A DNA stretch of 64,000 nt from contig CAVNZM010000001.1 of the NCBI GenBank assembly GCA_963693365.1, forward strand, positions 14,308,418 to 14,372,417. Reading direction: 5' to 3'. Made by a program: the position numbers and the translations under genes. Positions 60,251-64,000 of this stretch are shown here, one piece after another (the stretch's first letter is position 1; every line of letters starts with the position of its first letter). The DNA comes from Amoebidium appalachense (Eukaryota > Protista > Ichthyosporea). The notes under the pieces are model-generated. The model was not told the DNA's origin and ran no database searches. It saw only the letters and a list, made by a program, of their open reading frames with translations.

Positions 60251-62193
60251 TGAGGAGACTGTTTTGGATGGACTATTTATAAAATATTAGATAGCAGCCC
60301 GAGGGCAGGAGGAGGAATCTCGCAAGGATCCACCACCGTGATCGTACAGAGGGTGTAGATCTAGGCATTAGCTGATGCGGGTATAGACGAAAAGTCTCAG
60401 GAAGAGCTCTGTAAAACGTACCCAGGCCTCGTGTCTTGACCTGTGAATCCGCAGGTGGATAGCGTCGTCGGGAAATGTATGCTCCGGAATTCCAAGGTAC
60501 GCGTGTGTGTGCAGTGCAGTGCACATGTGCGCTCATGAGTGTGCTTCGCAATAGGATGAGGTGCCCAGGAGCCGGGCATGCGTGTGTGGTCGTATATGGG
60601 TGCTGGGTGGATAATGTGTGTGCACACTTGCCGATATCCGTGTTCGAAGGTGGTTTTTGTACATGTGCGCGCGAGTGCTGGGGTATGTGCACGTGTGTGG
60701 GCTTACACGTGTACGACCTGCACAAACTGTGAGGGTCTGGAATGTATGAATCATTGAACGGTGAAACTGTGGAATGTAGACGCTATATCGCATACATATT
60801 TTGATTGGTGGATACATGATCTTACATACCAGGCTAATAGCCTAATTGAGGTAAATGTGGGGGCGGAGGTTATGTGAATGGTTCCAAAGGCATACGGACC
60901 ATGGCCCTCGGCAATAATATAAAATGATGCAAATAGATATCTGTTTCCTCTGATTTTTTCTTGTACCTATGAAATTATTTATTGTAGCATGCTCTGTTGT
61001 AGACTCAATGTTTGCAAAGTTTAGTGACTTTGTGACGCGTTGTGATTGGCGAAAGGTTTTAGTCTCTGATTGGCGAGGAGTATCTCCCTAGCTTAGGCCG
61101 TCATCGTGGCAATCTTCCGTGGTGCCCTCAGGTGTAACATTGCAACTCAAAGCTAAAGTGCTATCCGTTAGTCGCATACACATTTAGAAATACAACTTGA
61201 AATTTTTTTCTTCGACTTGAAGGAAATATACACATTTCAAATACATTTTGCTATATAACGCGTCTAAAACTGTGCCCCAGACCGGTTGTTCGTGTGCACG
61301 TGTCGTGATCTGGTCATTCTGGGCCCCATTGTTAAATGTCAAATATTATGGAATCTTATAAATTCTTGACTCTCGACTTGAGAATCCATAAATAGACAAT
61401 TGATATTAGTGTATTTGTAAAATCAATTACAGTTGAAAGTTTTATATAATAATCTGCGCAAGTTTCAAGGTTACAAAGGTATCCCGGTGGAAGCTGAAGC
61501 TCATTACAATAAGAATAAGACCAAACTATTGAAATTCACCCAAGGCTGACACCCCCGTTTTTTGCCTTGTCTAGAATATCATTGCTTTCTCCATTCCTAT
61601 TGGCCCCCATCCAAGTGAACTGCACACAGCGCGTGGGACAGTTTTTATGTGTCAGCCTGAAACAGGATGACGTCCGTTCTTTTCAGTTTTTGTTTTGTTT
61701 TTCTTTGCCCACCTTTTTGGACGATTCTGGTACAAGTTCATTCTTGCATCTCTAGCTCTCTTACACATGTTAACACCCGAGTTTACAACTTAGAGTTTTT
61801 TGCGGATATTCTTTTGGCCTTGCCCTGTGAGCCTTGCACATTCGGTGGCGTTGGGTTACCTTCAACCTTCAATTGGTTCACGTGTTTTACACACTTGTAA
61901 CTGCGTCACCTTACTTTCTAGTTTGTTTGTGCATCGATGCGCTCAGCTGACGAGCTTGGTCACCTCCCTCTGCCTTTGGCTACAACTGCGCGCACAATCG
62001 TTTAGGGAAACGTATAATTTTATTCATTAGCAGTTGGTCACTTAAGGAAGCAAACAAACGCAAAGCTCCAACAAAGTTTCCCACCGATGGCCAGCACGAT
62101 TTCGTATATTCGTTGAGAGCCTGTTTTTGATAGTTGGTGGTTGGCATTGCCATTTCGCGTGCACACGTTTTTTTCTTGAAGGGGCAAAACGGC

Positions 62194-62612
62194 ATGTTGG
62201 AACCAGACGACATCGTGTTGCTCATTCGCAGAGCCTTTAGGTATGTACTCTTTCCCCTACCTCCTCCTCTTCGATTGCCAATCCTTGACTACCCCACATG
62301 CAATCTTTCAAATTTCCCTTTTTTCATTCAGCGATAGCCTGTAAACGAACACACACACACACACACACACACAGCACACACACACACACAGCCATGTCTC
62401 AGTTAGTTCCCTTTTTAAACCAACGTCTTGGTTTGTTGGGCTGTGTGTGCTTGTGGCCATGTAGCTGTTTTGGTGTCTGTGCCTATGTGGTGTGCCGATG
62501 TTTCTGTTGTTGGTGCATGTAATGTGCTGGTGTGTGTGAGCTCATACGCACTTCTTTTACGTGTTTGGTTGATCACCTGTTCAGTTTTCCCACCTTGTCA
62601 AGTTAATTCGTA

Positions 62613-62703
<91 letters not shown>

Positions 62704-64000
62704 ATGTGTGCATGTGTGCGCACCACCCGTTCGTATGTGATTGATCAATACAGTGTGACAAGATTTGGCCTACATAAGCTGGAACTGTCGTCATCTTAGA
62801 ACACTTGCCCCTATCCAATCCCGATGGCTATGAAAATACCAGTTCGATGCATGAGCTACAATCATCATTTGTGCGTTGGGCATCCTTTCGTTCACATCCC
62901 TGCTCCCCCCCCTCCCTCCCCCCCCCCCCCCCCCCCCCCCCAAATTTCCTTTTCACAGCCTTAGCCTTGATGCGCACGGTTTTCTGTATGTGCGGATTTT
63001 TTTTCTTGTACTTAGTCTTCTATCGTGAACCACATTAACTAACACCCCCCCCCCCCCCCCTTCTCCCCCCGCCCCCTCCTCCCCTTTCCTTCCTCCCCAC
63101 CTCGCTACTTTCTCTTACAAACACCCTTGTCCGCCCATCTCCCCCTCCCCCCCCCCCCCCCCCCCCGGTCTCCCTCTCTCCCTCCCTTTCTTTCCTTTTA
63201 CAGGCTGTAACAGTGTGTATACACTCTCTGTTGCACACCATGGGTCCTGGCACCGGTGATTCAGACATGACTGCACGCTACCCGAGTGCTACCCCACCCA
63301 TGCAACGGCGGACCGAATTTGTGGCGGCCGTGGACGAGACGAGACGGCGGCCTGCATCGGTCGGATCACAGGCGGATTTGGAATTTGCGGTGCTCCTAGG
63401 AACTATGAAGGAGAGTGTGGCGGTGGCACGCGTGCAGAGGCAGGCGATGATGATTTTGAAGCCCGGGTCGGTTTTGGAGGAGGAGGAGGAGGAGGACAGG
63501 GAGGGAGTATCGATTTCCGGAGGCAAAAACACGGAGATTTCGGACGCGTGCCCGCGCGGGGTCAAGACGGGTGCTGGCGCGCCCGCGGTGGGTGCGCCGT
63601 CAATGCACGATTCCAAGCGGATGAGCAACCCAAACCTCGCACGTATGCCCACTGCGCCACACCAAGGCGGAGTCGTAAATTCCCCCGGGGGGGGTTCCTG
63701 ACGGCGCAACTTCGCCTATGGCCCCGTCCGGTGGGCCTCCTTCGGCAGCTGGTGGGGCCGGGGGGGTCAAAAGGGAACAAGTATCGCAGGCGGCAAAGGC
63801 GGCAACCCCTTTTCAGCACCGACCCGTCCAGGCGCCACTTTCCGCTTCTGGTCCGGGGGGGAATCTATCTGTAAATTTACGAGACACCTCCTCTGCACCC
63901 AATGCACTGCATCCAGTGCACTGTGCCCCCACACCTTCCCCCACCTCTGCCACTACGACACATCAACGAACCACCACCCAAACCACACCTGCCGGAATTT
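62194..64000 (+). CDS. Unidentified spliced gene with Pro/Ser/Gly-rich product, incomplete at window end
   Basis: Acceptor tttacag at 63203 opens a GC-rich frame (AVTVCIHS..DLEFAVLLGTMKES..EEEEEED..). After a probable G-run slip at ~63690 another frame stays open to 64000. Candidate upstream exons 62194-62240 (MLEPDDIVLLIRRAF|gtatgt) and one ending at 62870 do not join without a 1-nt correction. Confidence 0.5.

Noticed and set aside
60250-60500. Exon-like GC-balanced stretch ending in aag|gtacgc after the Copia LTR
   Set aside because: Stops in all frames and no recognisable product.

Overview
Eukaryotic nuclear DNA with spliceosomal introns packed with (AC)n/(GT)n/(AG)n microsatellites and long poly-G/poly-C runs. 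Most of the ORF track is translated simple repeat, and the real genes emerge only after manual splicing. Genes supported: a secreted 2xLysM + class III (hevamine/Cts1-type) GH18 chitinase (-); a 22-exon PIX/ARHGEF6/7-type RhoGEF (CH-SH3-DH-PH-coiled coil, +); a five-finger C2H2 gene with two frameshifts; an intronless Erf4/golgin-A7-like membrane protein; TAF11; a two-exon non-RD Ser/Thr kinase; and an unidentified gene running off the right end. Mobile DNA: a 5'-truncated LINE with a 3' stem-loop and poly(A), a probable non-autonomous Helitron, a 124-bp SINE-like insert with a 15-bp TSD (second copy in the window), a hAT-like MITE, a 537-bp foldback element built of ~23 palindromic 20-bp units, and an Arg-tRNA-primed LTR element nested in reverse orientation in a Copia RT. 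The gene content suggests a unicellular holozoan, possibly an ichthyosporean (inference only). I found no clearly new multi-gene system. The best leads are splice acceptors that lack a polypyrimidine tract and sit behind AC repeats, the LysM/class III chitinase with a DxNxE active site, and the palindromic foldback array. All calls were made by eye, with no database searches.
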